From contig NZ_DAMCAM010000003.1 of NCBI RefSeq assembly GCF_032059615.1, positions 12,749 through 76,748 of the forward strand: a stretch of 64,000 bases of DNA, in the 5' to 3' direction. This document shows positions 19,423-33,185 of the stretch, one piece after another. Made by a program: the position numbers and the translations under genes. Under the pieces are notes generated by a model. The model had not been told where the DNA came from and made no database searches. It was given only the letters and a program-made list of their open reading frames with translations. The DNA comes from Melaminivora sp. (lineage in GTDB: Bacteria; Pseudomonadota; Gammaproteobacteria; Burkholderiales; Burkholderiaceae_C). How positions within the stretch are numbered: position 1 is the first letter of the stretch; each line of letters starts with the position of its first letter.

Positions 19423-19447
19423 GCGGGCCCCCGCCCACGCACACACC

Positions 19448-22711
<3,264 letters not shown>

Positions 22712-22758
22712 TGCGCCGCGCCGCAAAGGCGGCATAATCGGCGCTGACCTGTCACGAG

Positions 22759-22802
22759 ACCGCCGCGCGGCAACGCGCGGCGGTTTGCTTTTTGTCTTTT
22801 TT
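22759..22802 (+). terminator. Rho-independent terminator after carB
   Basis: ACCGCCGCGCG-gcaa-CGCGCGGCGGT (11-bp stem) followed by TTGCTTTTTGTCTTTTTTG. Confidence 0.85.
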
Positions 22803-22832
22803 GTTTGAGCTTCCACGGAGACTGAACGACCC

Positions 22833-23309
22833 ATGGCCACCATCCCCATCACCAAGCGCGGCGCCGAGCAGCTGAAGGCCGAGTTGCACCGCCTGAAGAC
22901 CATCGAGCGGCCCGCGGTGATCAACGCCATCGCCGAGGCGCGCGCCCAGGGCGACCTGAGCGAGAACGCCGAGTACGAGGCTGCCAAGGACCGCCAGGGC
23001 TTCATCGAAGGGCGCATCGCCGAGGTCGAGGGCAAGCTGGCTGCGGCCCAGGTCATCGACCCCGCGAGCCTGGACGCCGGCGGGCGCGTGGTCTTCGGTG
23101 CCACGGTGGAGCTGGAGGATGAGGACTCGGGCGAGCCCGTCAAGTACCAGATCGTCGGCGAGGACGAGGCCGACCTGAAGCTGGGCCTGATCAACGTGGG
23201 CAGCCCCATCGCGCGCGCGCTGATCGGCAAGGAAGAGGGCGACACCGCCGAGGTGCAGGCCCCGGGCGGCGTGCGCCGCTACGAGATCGTCACCGTCAGC
23301 TATCTCTGA
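22833..23309 (+). CDS. greA: Transcription elongation factor GreA
   Basis: MATIPITKRGAEQLKAELHRLK...GDLSENAEYEAAKDRQ... 158 aa. GGAGA lies upstream. Confidence 0.95.
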   Translation: MATIPITKRGAEQLKAELHRLKTIERPAVINAIAEARAQGDLSENAEYEAAKDRQGFIEGRIAEVEGKLAAAQVIDPASLDAGGRVVFGATVELEDEDSGEPVKYQIVGEDEADLKLGLINVGSPIARALIGKEEGDTAEVQAPGGVRRYEIVTVSYL

Positions 23310-23317
23310 GCGCCACC

Positions 23318-23725
23318 ATGCGCGAACGTCTGCCCGTGCTGCTGGCTGCGCTGTGGTGGGGCAGCCTTGGCACCATCGGCTTCGTGGCCGTGCCACTCTT
23401 GTTCATGCACCTGCCCAGCCCGGCGCTGGCGGGCAACACGGCGGCGCGGCTGTTCGAGGCGCAAGCTATTATTTCAATAGCGTGTGGTCTTGGCCTGTTG
23501 GTCCTTTCTAAGGACAAACATGCCGAAACCCAGACGGCATGGGGACGCAGTGCTACGGTTTTCATACTGGGCGGCATGCTGCTCGCGCTGCTGGTCCAGT
23601 TCGGCGTGGCGCCGCGCATCGTGGCGCGGCAGAACCTCAGGCTCTGGCACGGTCTGGGCAGCGTGATGTACGCCCTGCAGTGGCTGTGCGCGCTGGCCGT
23701 GCTGTGGCGCACGGCGCGGCGCTGA
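23318..23725 (+). CDS. DUF4149-like small membrane protein
   Basis: 135 aa with four hydrophobic segments, immediately after greA. The family assignment is from memory of similar proteins after greA in betaproteobacteria. Contains an atypically AT-rich patch at 23461-23520. Confidence 0.7.
   Translation: MRERLPVLLAALWWGSLGTIGFVAVPLLFMHLPSPALAGNTAARLFEAQAIISIACGLGLLVLSKDKHAETQTAWGRSATVFILGGMLLALLVQFGVAPRIVARQNLRLWHGLGSVMYALQWLCALAVLWRTARR
23471..23519 (+). repeat. Possible diverged relative of the ~50-bp repeat element, copy c, inside the DUF4149 CDS
   Basis: ATTTCAATAGC-GTGTG-GTCTTGG-CCTGT-TGGTCCT-TTCTAAG-GACAAAC. Only the 5' half matches the family register. Contains its own hairpins GCTATT/AATAGC and GTCCTT-tct-AAGGAC. 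Confidence 0.3.
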
Positions 23726-23728
23726 AGC

Positions 23729-24472
23729 TCACTCGCGCCAGTGCTCGGCCACCCAGGTGGCGGGCTCGATGTGGCGAAAACGCCGGTTGCGCCGGCCGGC
23801 CAGTGCGTCCGGCGGATTGCATTCGCCGTGGAAGACGACGACGCGCGCGTCCGGCGGAATGAAGGGCGCGCGCCAGTAGTTGCTCGGCCAGCGCGGGATG
23901 CTGTGGTACTTGAAGCTCGGGCACCAGGCGGCCGGCCAGTAGGCCAGCCGGCCCTGGGCATGCATGAAGTCCGACAGATAGGCCTGCTCGTTGCGAAAGC
24001 GCCGCCGCACCTCCTCGACATGGCTGCGAAAGTGCTCCAGCACGTCGGCGTGCGCGCCCAGTTCGAAGCGATAGACCGAGGAGTTGCCGGTGATGCGCCA
24101 CGGCCGCTTGTAGTCGTGGATGATGAGAAATTCACCCGGCTGGGTGAAGAAATCATCCAGCGGCCCCACCACCACCACGTCCACGTCGAGAAACAGCGCC
24201 GTGCCGCGCAGCCCGTGCAGGTCGGCGCTGAAGGTGGCCAGCTTGTTCCAGCCGCGCTCGGGAATGCCCGCGGGCAGCTGCAGCGCCGGGATGGGCCGGC
24301 ACAGCACCTCCGCCCGGATGCCGGTGACGTCGTCGGTCAGGCAGACGAAGGTGAAGTCGCCGCTCAGGTGCCGGCGCACCATGGCGTAGAGCCGGTTGAC
24401 GTACTCGGGGCCGTACTTGCTGCCCCACTTCATGCACAGGATGTGGCGCGCGGGCGCCGCCGGCGGCGCCAT
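23729..24472 (-). CDS. Conserved hypothetical protein, possible nucleotide-sugar glycosyltransferase-like fold
   Basis: [48 protein letters not shown]... with a DxD-like FLDVDVVVV. The ATG at 24472 overlaps the yhbY stop (ATGA). The track ORF extension to 24682 overlaps yhbY and is rejected. Confidence 0.6.
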   Translation of the reverse strand: MAPPAAPARHILCMKWGSKYGPEYVNRLYAMVRRHLSGDFTFVCLTDDVTGIRAEVLCRPIPALQLPAGIPERGWNKLATFSADLHGLRGTALFLDVDVVVVGPLDDFFTQPGEFLIIHDYKRPWRITGNSSVYRFELGAHADVLEHFRSHVEEVRRRFRNEQAYLSDFMHAQGRLAYWPAAWCPSFKYHSIPRWPSNYWRAPFIPPDARVVVFHGECNPPDALAGRRNRRFRHIEPATWVAEHWRE

Positions 24473-24942
24473 CAGCCGCCCTGGCGCTTCTTCACCGACT
24501 GCTGCTTGGGCTTGGCGCGCTTGAGCTGGCCGCCGGCCGTCAGGCGCTGGTTGCCCAGCACGCGCAGCTGCTTGACCTCGGGGCGCTGGCCGGGCCGGCC
24601 GTACTTGAGCACCTTGACGTCGCGCGGGCCGGGCTTGCGGTCTTCGTCCAGCGCCTTGTCCTTGCGCGGCAGCGGGCGCCACAGCACCAGCAGCTTGCCG
24701 ATGTGCTGGATGGGCGCGGCGCCCAGCTCGGCAGCCAGCTCGTGGTAGATGGCTTCGCGCGTGGCGCGGTCGTCGCTGAAGACGCGCACCTTGATCAGGC
24801 CGTGGGCCGACAGGGCGGCGTCGACCTCTTTCTTCACGCCGGCGGTCAGGCCGTCGGAGCCGACCATCACGACGGGTTGCAGGTGGTGCGCGTTGGCGCG
24901 GTGTTCGCGCCGCTCGGCGGGCGTCAGTTCAATCTGGGGCAT
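24472..24942 (-). CDS. yhbY: YhbY-like CRM-domain RNA-binding protein with a basic C-terminal extension
   Basis: [54 protein letters not shown] matches the YhbY pattern. A K/R-rich tail of about 60 aa follows. Divergent from rlmE, as in E. coli. Confidence 0.85.
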   Translation of the reverse strand: MPQIELTPAERREHRANAHHLQPVVMVGSDGLTAGVKKEVDAALSAHGLIKVRVFSDDRATREAIYHELAAELGAAPIQHIGKLLVLWRPLPRKDKALDEDRKPGPRDVKVLKYGRPGQRPEVKQLRVLGNQRLTAGGQLKRAKPKQQSVKKRQGG

Positions 24943-24965
24943 GGGTCCGTATTATTCTTCAAGGC

Positions 24966-25631
24966 ATGAAAGCCCAGACCAAAAGCAAGAAGGTCAACAA
25001 GGCGTGGTTGAACGACCACGTCAACGACCCGTACGTCAAGCTCGCGCAAAAGGAGGGCTACCGGGCGCGCGCCGCCTACAAGCTCAAGGAGATCGACGAG
25101 CAGCTGGGCCTGATCCGGCCCGGCCAGGTGGTGGTGGACCTGGGCAGCGCCCCCGGCGCCTGGAGCCAGTATGTGCGCCGCCGGCTGGCGCCGCAGGGGG
25201 CGGCCACGGGGCAGCTGGCCGGCACCATCGTTTCGCTGGATCTTCTGCCCATGGAGCCCATCGAGGGCGTGCTGTTCCTGCAGGGAGACTTTCGAGAGGA
25301 GGACGTGCTCGAACGGCTGCAGCAGGCGCTGGGTGGCCGGGCGGTGGACGTGGTGGTCTCGGACATGGCGCCCAACCTGTCGGGCGTGGAGTCGGTCGAT
25401 GCCGTGCGTATCGCCCACCTGATCGAGCTGGCGGTGGACTTTGCCTTGCAGCACCTCAGGCCCGAGGGCGCGCTGGTGGTCAAGCTCTTTCACGGCAGCG
25501 GCTACACCCAGCTGGTGCAGCTGTTTCGCGACACCTTCCAGGTCGTCAAGACAGTCAAGCCCAAGGCCTCGCGCGACCGCTCGTCCGAGACCTTCCTCGT
25601 CGGCCTGCGGCCCAAGCCTGGGTTGCGCTGA
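24966..25631 (+). CDS. rlmE: 23S rRNA (uridine2552-2'-O)-methyltransferase
   Basis: [44 protein letters not shown]...[14 protein letters not shown]...VVSDMAPN. Confidence 0.95.
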   Translation: MKAQTKSKKVNKAWLNDHVNDPYVKLAQKEGYRARAAYKLKEIDEQLGLIRPGQVVVDLGSAPGAWSQYVRRRLAPQGAATGQLAGTIVSLDLLPMEPIEGVLFLQGDFREEDVLERLQQALGGRAVDVVVSDMAPNLSGVESVDAVRIAHLIELAVDFALQHLRPEGALVVKLFHGSGYTQLVQLFRDTFQVVKTVKPKASRDRSSETFLVGLRPKPGLR

Positions 25632-25681
25632 CGCGGCGGTGACCTTGTGGCAGGGCGGGGTTAATGCGTCGGCGCGCCGGG

Positions 25682-25708
25682 TTGAAACGCCTAAAATCCG
25701 CCCCACAT
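25682..25708 (+). promoter_or_regulatory. Sigma-32 (RpoH)-type heat-shock promoter candidate upstream of ftsH
   Basis: gTTGAAA (25682-25687), a 13-nt spacer, then CCCCACAT (25701-25708). The E. coli consensus is cTTGAAA-N13/14-CCCCATnT. Confidence 0.5.
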
Positions 25709-25714
25709 GCGCCT

Positions 25715-25756
25715 GGACGGCCTCCGAACCCGGATGCGGCCGTCCCTCTTTTTTCC
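25715..25756 (+). terminator. Terminator-like hairpin plus U-run in the predicted ftsH leader (attenuator or rlmE terminator)
   Basis: GGACGGCC-(15 nt)-GGCCGTCC followed by CTCTTTTTTCC. It ends 7 nt before the GGAG SD of ftsH. Confidence 0.45.
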
Positions 25757-25772
25757 GTATCTGGAGTTCCGC

Positions 25773-27689
<1,917 letters not shown>

Positions 27690-27711
27690 GCGGCGAAAGA
27701 CCAGAGACCAG

Positions 27712-27738
27712 AGCGGGGCGCGAGCGCCCCGCTTTTTC
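27712..27738 (+). terminator. Rho-independent terminator after ftsH
   Basis: AGCGGGGCG-cgag-CGCCCCGCT followed by TTTTTC. Confidence 0.7.
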
Positions 27739-27769
27739 ACATCCCGCGCCAGCCGCTTTTTCTCGCCCC

Positions 27770-28660
27770 ATGCTTTGGCAGACCACCCGCTTTGCCGTTG
27801 ACCTGTCCCGCCCGCAGGTCATGGGCATCGTCAACGCCACACCGGACTCGTTCTCCGACGGCGGGCGCCACGCCAGCGCTGCGCAGGCGCTGCGCCACTG
27901 CGAGCAGCTTCTGAAGGAGGGTGCCGACCTGCTGGACATCGGTGGCGAGTCCACCCGCCCGGGCAGCCCCCAGGTGCCGCTGCAAGAAGAGCTTGCCCGC
28001 GTCCTGCCCGTGGTGCGGGGCGCTGTGCGCCTGGGCGTGCCCGTCTCGGTCGATACCTGCAAGGCCGAGGTCATGCAGGCAGCGCTGGACCTGGGCGCCG
28101 ACATCGTCAACGACATCTGGGCGCTGCGCCAGCCGGGCGCCGCCGCGGTGGTGGCCGGGCACGGGCGCTGCGGCGTCTGCCTGATGCATATGCACGGCGA
28201 GCCCGCCACCATGCAGGCCACCCCCATGGCGGGCGACGCCGTGCCGCAGGTGTTTCAATTTTTGCAGCAAACATCCATTGCCCTGCAAGGGCTGGGCGTG
28301 CAAAAGAGCCGCATCGTGATCGACCCCGGCATCGGCTTTGGCAAGACCGTGGCGCAGAATTTCGCGCTGCTGGCCCGCCAGGGCGAACTGCTGGCCACGG
28401 GCCTGCCGCTGCTGGCCGGCTGGTCGCGCAAGTCCTCGCTCGGCTCGGTCACCGGCCTGCCGGTGGACGGGCGCCTCGTGCCCAGCACCACGGCCGCCGT
28501 GCTGGCGGTGGAGCAGGGCGCACGCATTGTGCGCGTGCACGACGTGCGCGAGACCGTGGCGGCGCTGGCGGTCTGGTCGGCCATGGCGGCCGAACGGCAG
28601 GGCGCTCTGGCGCGGCCGCAACCCAACCTTTCTCCTCCACTTCGACAAGACGCTCCATGA
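27770..28660 (+). CDS. folP: Dihydropteroate synthase
   Basis: [16 protein letters not shown]...[10 protein letters not shown]...VSVDT...[10 protein letters not shown]...RVHDV. Confidence 0.95.
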   Translation: MLWQTTRFAVDLSRPQVMGIVNATPDSFSDGGRHASAAQALRHCEQLLKEGADLLDIGGESTRPGSPQVPLQEELARVLPVVRGAVRLGVPVSVDTCKAEVMQAALDLGADIVNDIWALRQPGAAAVVAGHGRCGVCLMHMHGEPATMQATPMAGDAVPQVFQFLQQTSIALQGLGVQKSRIVIDPGIGFGKTVAQNFALLARQGELLATGLPLLAGWSRKSSLGSVTGLPVDGRLVPSTTAAVLAVEQGARIVRVHDVRETVAALAVWSAMAAERQGALARPQPNLSPPLRQDAP

Positions 28661-29991
28661 CGCGCAAGTATTTCGGCACCGACGGCATCCGCGGCACCGT
28701 GGGCCAGGCCCCCATCACCCCCGACTTCGTCCTGCAGCTCGGCCATGCCGTCGGGCGCGTGCTGCGCCGTACCGAGGACCGCCCCACGGTGCTGATCGGC
28801 AAGGACACGCGCATCTCGGGCTACATGCTGGAGAGCGCGCTGGAGTCCGGGCTGAACTCCGCCGGCGTCGATGTGGTGCTGCTCGGGCCGCTGCCTACGC
28901 CGGGCGTGGCCTACCTGACGCGCGCGCAGCGCGCCAGCCTGGGCGTGGTCATCAGCGCCAGCCACAACCCTTACCCCGACAACGGCATCAAGTTCTTCAG
29001 CGCCCAGGGCAGCAAGCTGTCCGACGCCTGGGAGGAAGAGGTGGAGCAGGCGCTCGCCCAGCCGCCGCAGTGGGCCGATTCTGCCAGCCTGGGCCGCGCC
29101 CAGCGCCTGGACGACGCGGCCGGCCGCTACATCGAGTTCTGCAAGAGCACCTTCGCGCACGAGCTGTCGCTGCGCGGCCTGCGCATCGTGGTGGATGCCG
29201 CCCACGGCGCGGCCTACCACATCGCGCCCAAGGTCTTCCATGAGCTGGGCGCCGACGTCATCGCCATCGGCTGCGCGCCCGACGGCCTGAACATCAACCA
29301 CGAGGTGGGCGCGACCCACCCCGAGGCCCTGGTGCGCGCCGTGCGCGCCAACCACGCCGACTTCGGCATCGCGCTGGACGGGGACGCCGACCGCCTGCAA
29401 ATCGTGGACGGCGCCGGGCGCCTCTACAACGGCGACGAGCTGCTCTACCTCATGGTCGCCGACCGCCTGGCGCGCGGAGAGCAGGTGCCCGGCGCGGTGG
29501 GCACGCTCATGACCAACCTGGCGGTCGAGGAGGCCCTGTCGCGCCGCGGCGTGCAGTTCGTGCGCGCCAAGGTGGGTGACCGCTACGTGCTCGAAGAGCT
29601 GACGCGGCGCCGCTGGCTGCTCGGCGGCGAGGGCTCGGGCCATCTGCTGGCGCTGGACCGGCACACCACCGGCGACGGCCTGGTCAGCGCCCTGCAGGTG
29701 CTGCAGGCCTGCGTGGGCAGCGGCAAGACACTGGCCCAGCTGCTGCAGGGCATGGAGCTGTTCCCGCAGGTGCTGCTCAACGTGCGCCTGGGCCCGCAGC
29801 AGGACTGGCAGCGCAACACCCGGCTGGCCGAGGCTACCCGCGCGGTGCAGGACACTCTGGGCGATGGCGGCCGCGTGCTGGTGCGCGCCAGCGGCACCGA
29901 GCCGCTCTTGCGGGTGATGGTCGAGGCGCGCGACGCCGCCCTGGCCAATCGCTGCGCACAGCAGCTGGCTGACGCCGCCCGCGCCGGCTGA
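28657..29991 (+). CDS. glmM: Phosphoglucosamine mutase
   Basis: [16 protein letters not shown]...[16 protein letters not shown]...GDGDADR. The ATGA overlaps the folP stop. Confidence 0.95.
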   Translation: MTRKYFGTDGIRGTVGQAPITPDFVLQLGHAVGRVLRRTEDRPTVLIGKDTRISGYMLESALESGLNSAGVDVVLLGPLPTPGVAYLTRAQRASLGVVISASHNPYPDNGIKFFSAQGSKLSDAWEEEVEQALAQPPQWADSASLGRAQRLDDAAGRYIEFCKSTFAHELSLRGLRIVVDAAHGAAYHIAPKVFHELGADVIAIGCAPDGLNINHEVGATHPEALVRAVRANHADFGIALDGDADRLQIVDGAGRLYNGDELLYLMVADRLARGEQVPGAVGTLMTNLAVEEALSRRGVQFVRAKVGDRYVLEELTRRRWLLGGEGSGHLLALDRHTTGDGLVSALQVLQACVGSGKTLAQLLQGMELFPQVLLNVRLGPQQDWQRNTRLAEATRAVQDTLGDGGRVLVRASGTEPLLRVMVEARDAALANRCAQQLADAARAG

Positions 29992-30060
29992 AGGCGCGCG
30001 CACTGGCGGTGGAGCAGCGCTCTTTGCCGCACAATCGCGCGCGCTCGTGAGGAAGCCCGC

Positions 30061-31395
30061 ATGAAGGACACCCTGCAGAAATTGCTGTCGCACGGCCACC
30101 TGGCCGATGCCGTCAGCCACGTCAATTCGCTCGAACTCGATACTGCCCTAGGGCTGACCGAGAAGCTGGCAGCGAACGATCTCGTCCGCCTGCTGGAAAG
30201 CCCGGACCTGCGCTGCGGCCCGCTGTTCATCGAAAAGGCCGCCGCGGCCGGCCGCGGCGAAGTGCTCGAACACATGGCCGAGGACCGCCTGGCCGACCTG
30301 CTGAGCAATCTGCACCCGGAAGAACGCGACCAGGCGCTGCGCCTGCTGACCCCCGCATCCCGCACCTCGGTGCAGCGGCTGATGGCCTACCCGCAGGGCA
30401 CGGCCGGCAGCATCATGACCACGGAGTTCCTGCAGGTGCCCCTGGCCTGGACGGTGGCGCGCACGCTGCAGCACATCCGCGAGACCGAGGGCATGCACGA
30501 GACCGTGTACGCCATCTACGTGGTGGACGACGCACAGCGTCTGCGCTTCGTGCTGTCACTGCGCCAGCTGGTCTGCGCCGAGCCGGCCCAGCCGCTGGAG
30601 GCGCTGTGGGGCGGCAGCGAGGCCATCACCGTCGCGCCCGAGGTGGACCGCGAGGAAGTGGCCCGCATCATCCGGCGCCACGACTTCCTCGCGCTGCCGG
30701 TGGTTGACGAGGAGCGGCGGGTGCTCGGCATCGTCACCGTGGACGACGTCATCGACGCCCTGATCGAGGAGGCCCAGGAGGACATCGGCCGCTTCGGCGG
30801 CGGCGAACACATGGGCGCGCCCTACCTGGAGGTGGGCTTCGGCACCATGCTCAAGAAGCGCGGCGGCTGGCTGGCCATTCTGTTTCTCGGCGAGATGCTC
30901 ACCGCCAGCGCCATGCAGCACTATGAGATGCAGCTGGAAAAGGCCGTGGTGCTGGCCATGTTCATTCCGCTCATCATGAGCTCAGGCGGCAACTCGGGCT
31001 CGCAGGCTACGTCGCTGCTGATCCGCGGCCTGGCGCTGGGCGAGGTGCGGTTGCGCGACTGGTGGCGCGTCATCCTGCGCGAACTGCCCACCAGCCTCGT
31101 GCTGGGCGCCGGCCTGGGGGCCATCGGCTTTACCCGCATCCTGGTGTGGCAGCACGCGGGCTTCTACGACTACGGCGAGCACTACCTGCTGATCGCCTTC
31201 ACCATCTGGCTGTCACTGGTCGGCATCGTCTGCTTCGGCTCCAGCATCGGCTCCATGCTGCCGTTCCTGCTGCAGCGCGTGGGGCTGGACCCGGCCAGCG
31301 CCTCGGCGCCGCTGGTGGCGACGCTGGTGGATGTGCTGGGCCTGGTGATCTATTTCTCGGTCGCGGCGCTGCTGCTGAGCGGAACGCTGCTGTAG
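30061..31395 (+). CDS. mgtE: Magnesium transporter MgtE
   Basis: 444 aa with the MgtE N-domain, tandem CBS region (GSIMTTEF...LPVVDEERRVLGIVTVDDVID) and a 5-TM C-terminal domain (PLIMSSGGNSGSQ). Confidence 0.9.
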   Translation: MKDTLQKLLSHGHLADAVSHVNSLELDTALGLTEKLAANDLVRLLESPDLRCGPLFIEKAAAAGRGEVLEHMAEDRLADLLSNLHPEERDQALRLLTPASRTSVQRLMAYPQGTAGSIMTTEFLQVPLAWTVARTLQHIRETEGMHETVYAIYVVDDAQRLRFVLSLRQLVCAEPAQPLEALWGGSEAITVAPEVDREEVARIIRRHDFLALPVVDEERRVLGIVTVDDVIDALIEEAQEDIGRFGGGEHMGAPYLEVGFGTMLKKRGGWLAILFLGEMLTASAMQHYEMQLEKAVVLAMFIPLIMSSGGNSGSQATSLLIRGLALGEVRLRDWWRVILRELPTSLVLGAGLGAIGFTRILVWQHAGFYDYGEHYLLIAFTIWLSLVGIVCFGSSIGSMLPFLLQRVGLDPASASAPLVATLVDVLGLVIYFSVAALLLSGTLL

Positions 31396-31405
31396 CCGCC
31401 GGCGG

Positions 31406-31747
31406 CTAGTAGCGCGGCACGGCCGGGTCGCGCTCGGCCGACCAGGCGTCGATGCCGCCCGCCACGTTGGCTACGGCGCCAAAGCCCTGTTGCGCCAGGT
31501 AGGCCGCCACGCGCAGGCTGCGCGCGCCGTGGTGGCACAGGCAGGCCACCGGGCGCTCGGGCTCCAGTTCGTTCAGGCGCGCAGGCACTTCGCCCATGGG
31601 GATGGCCACCAGCTCGAAGGCAGGCGCTGGGCGCACGCTGGCCACCTGCAGCTCCCAGGGCTCGCGCACGTCCAGCACCATGGGCCGTTCGCCGGCGTGT
31701 TCCTGCAGCCAGGCGTCCAGCTCGGAGGGCCGCAGCTGTTCGAACAT
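31406..31747 (-). CDS. Rhodanese-domain sulfurtransferase
   Basis: 113 aa with the active-site loop CLCHHGARS and ending GGIDAWS. Confidence 0.8.
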   Translation of the reverse strand: MFEQLRPSELDAWLQEHAGERPMVLDVREPWELQVASVRPAPAFELVAIPMGEVPARLNELEPERPVACLCHHGARSLRVAAYLAQQGFGAVANVAGGIDAWSAERDPAVPRY

Positions 31748-31750
31748 GCG

Positions 31751-32461
31751 TCAGAAGCGGAAAGGCGAGGGCTCGGGGAAGTTGCGCAGGCGCGGGGCGA
31801 TCACGTCCCAGGGCTGGGTGGTCTCCAGGCCATGGCCCACCTTGCGCACGATGGTCGCGCGCATCATGGGCTCGACCCCGACGATGGCACCCAGGCGGCC
31901 GCCGTCGCGCAGCAGGCCCAGCAGGCGGTGCGGCACTTCGGCCACCGAGCCGCTGAGCACGATGACGTCGAACGGCCCGTCGTTGATGGGATCGAGGGCG
32001 CCGTCGGCCTGGCGCACGTCGGCGTTGCGCACCCCGGCGGCCTTCAGGTTCTCGCGCGCGAATTCGACCAGGCCGGGCACGATCTCCAGCGACACCACAT
32101 GCTCGGCCTGGTAGGCCAGCAGCGCCGCCATGTAGCCCGAGCCGGCACCGATCTCCAGCACCCGGTCGGTCGGGCGCACCTGCAGGTCCTGCAGCATGCG
32201 CGCCTCCACGCGCGGCGCGAGCATGATCTGCCCCAGGCGGCTGGCCTCCTCGACGGGCTCGGTCAGGGGGATTTCCACGTCGGCAAAGGCCATGCCCTGG
32301 CAGGCCTGCGGCACGAAAGCCTCGCGCCGCACGGCGGCCAGCGTGTCCAGCACCCCGTCATCGAGCACATTCCAGGGGCGGATCTGCTGCTCGATCATGT
32401 TGAAGCGCGCATGCGCGATGGGGTCTTGCACGTTGGCAAGCGTGTTCAGGGGCAGATTCAT
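31751..32461 (-). CDS. Protein-L-isoaspartate O-methyltransferase-family methyltransferase
   Basis: 236 aa with SAM motif VLEIGAGSGYMAALLA and pcm-like flanks (QIRPWNVLD...REAFVP). Confidence 0.75.
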   Translation of the reverse strand: MNLPLNTLANVQDPIAHARFNMIEQQIRPWNVLDDGVLDTLAAVRREAFVPQACQGMAFADVEIPLTEPVEEASRLGQIMLAPRVEARMLQDLQVRPTDRVLEIGAGSGYMAALLAYQAEHVVSLEIVPGLVEFARENLKAAGVRNADVRQADGALDPINDGPFDVIVLSGSVAEVPHRLLGLLRDGGRLGAIVGVEPMMRATIVRKVGHGLETTQPWDVIAPRLRNFPEPSPFRF

Positions 32462-32620
32462 GAAGCACTCCGGTGCGGGACGCGGTGAAGACGGACAAAA
32501 CGGCCGATTTTAGGCCGCCCGCACGGTGCACTGGCGCTGTTGTCCGGCAAGGGGGGTGCCTCGGCCCTTCCTATGATGGCGGCGGCCCGCGATCACACCC
32601 GTCGGGCGGGAGAAACTTTC

Positions 32621-33178
32621 ATGAGCAATGCCGAAGCGAACACCGAAACCATCGTCCTGGGCGGGGGGTGCTTCTGGTGCGTCGACGCCATTTTCCGCCG
32701 CGTGCGCGGCGTCACCGCGGTGCAGAGCGGCTATGCCAACGGGCATGTGCCGCAGCCCACCTACCAGCAGGTCTGCACGGGCAGCACCGGGCACGCCGAG
32801 GTGGTGCGCGTGGAGTTCGACCCTGAGGAGATCGACGTGCGCGAAATCCTGGAGATCTTCTTTGCCACGCACGACCCGACCACGCCCGACCGCCAGGGCA
32901 ACGACGTCGGCCCGCAGTACCGCAGCGCCATCTACTACAGCCGCCCCGAGCACCGCGAGGCGGCCGAGGAGCTGATGCACAGCATGGAGCAGGAACGGAT
33001 GTTCGGCGCGCCCCTGGTCACCGAGCTTGCGCCGCTGCGCAGCTTCTGGCCGGCCGAGGCCTACCACGAGGACTACTACACCGCCAACCCGCAGCAGGGT
33101 TATTGCGCCTTCGTGATCGCCCCCAAGGTGGAGAAATTCCGCAAGACCTTCCAGCGCCACCTCAAAAGCGGCGCCTGA
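32621..33178 (+). CDS. msrA: Peptide-methionine (S)-S-oxide reductase
   Basis: MSNAEANTETIVLGGGCFWCVDAIF...GHAEVVRVEFDP...GPQYRSAI. GGGAGA lies upstream of the ATG at 32621. Confidence 0.95.
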   Translation: MSNAEANTETIVLGGGCFWCVDAIFRRVRGVTAVQSGYANGHVPQPTYQQVCTGSTGHAEVVRVEFDPEEIDVREILEIFFATHDPTTPDRQGNDVGPQYRSAIYYSRPEHREAAEELMHSMEQERMFGAPLVTELAPLRSFWPAEAYHEDYYTANPQQGYCAFVIAPKVEKFRKTFQRHLKSGA

Positions 33179-33185
33179 GCGGCCC

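Noticed and set aside
32545-32600. Degenerate repeat-like sequence (TCCGGCAAGGGG...GGCCCTTCC) upstream of msrA
   Set aside because: It shares only the loop and one stem arm with copy f and lacks the GATAGC, TGGAGCC and GTTTTT blocks. That is insufficient to call a copy.
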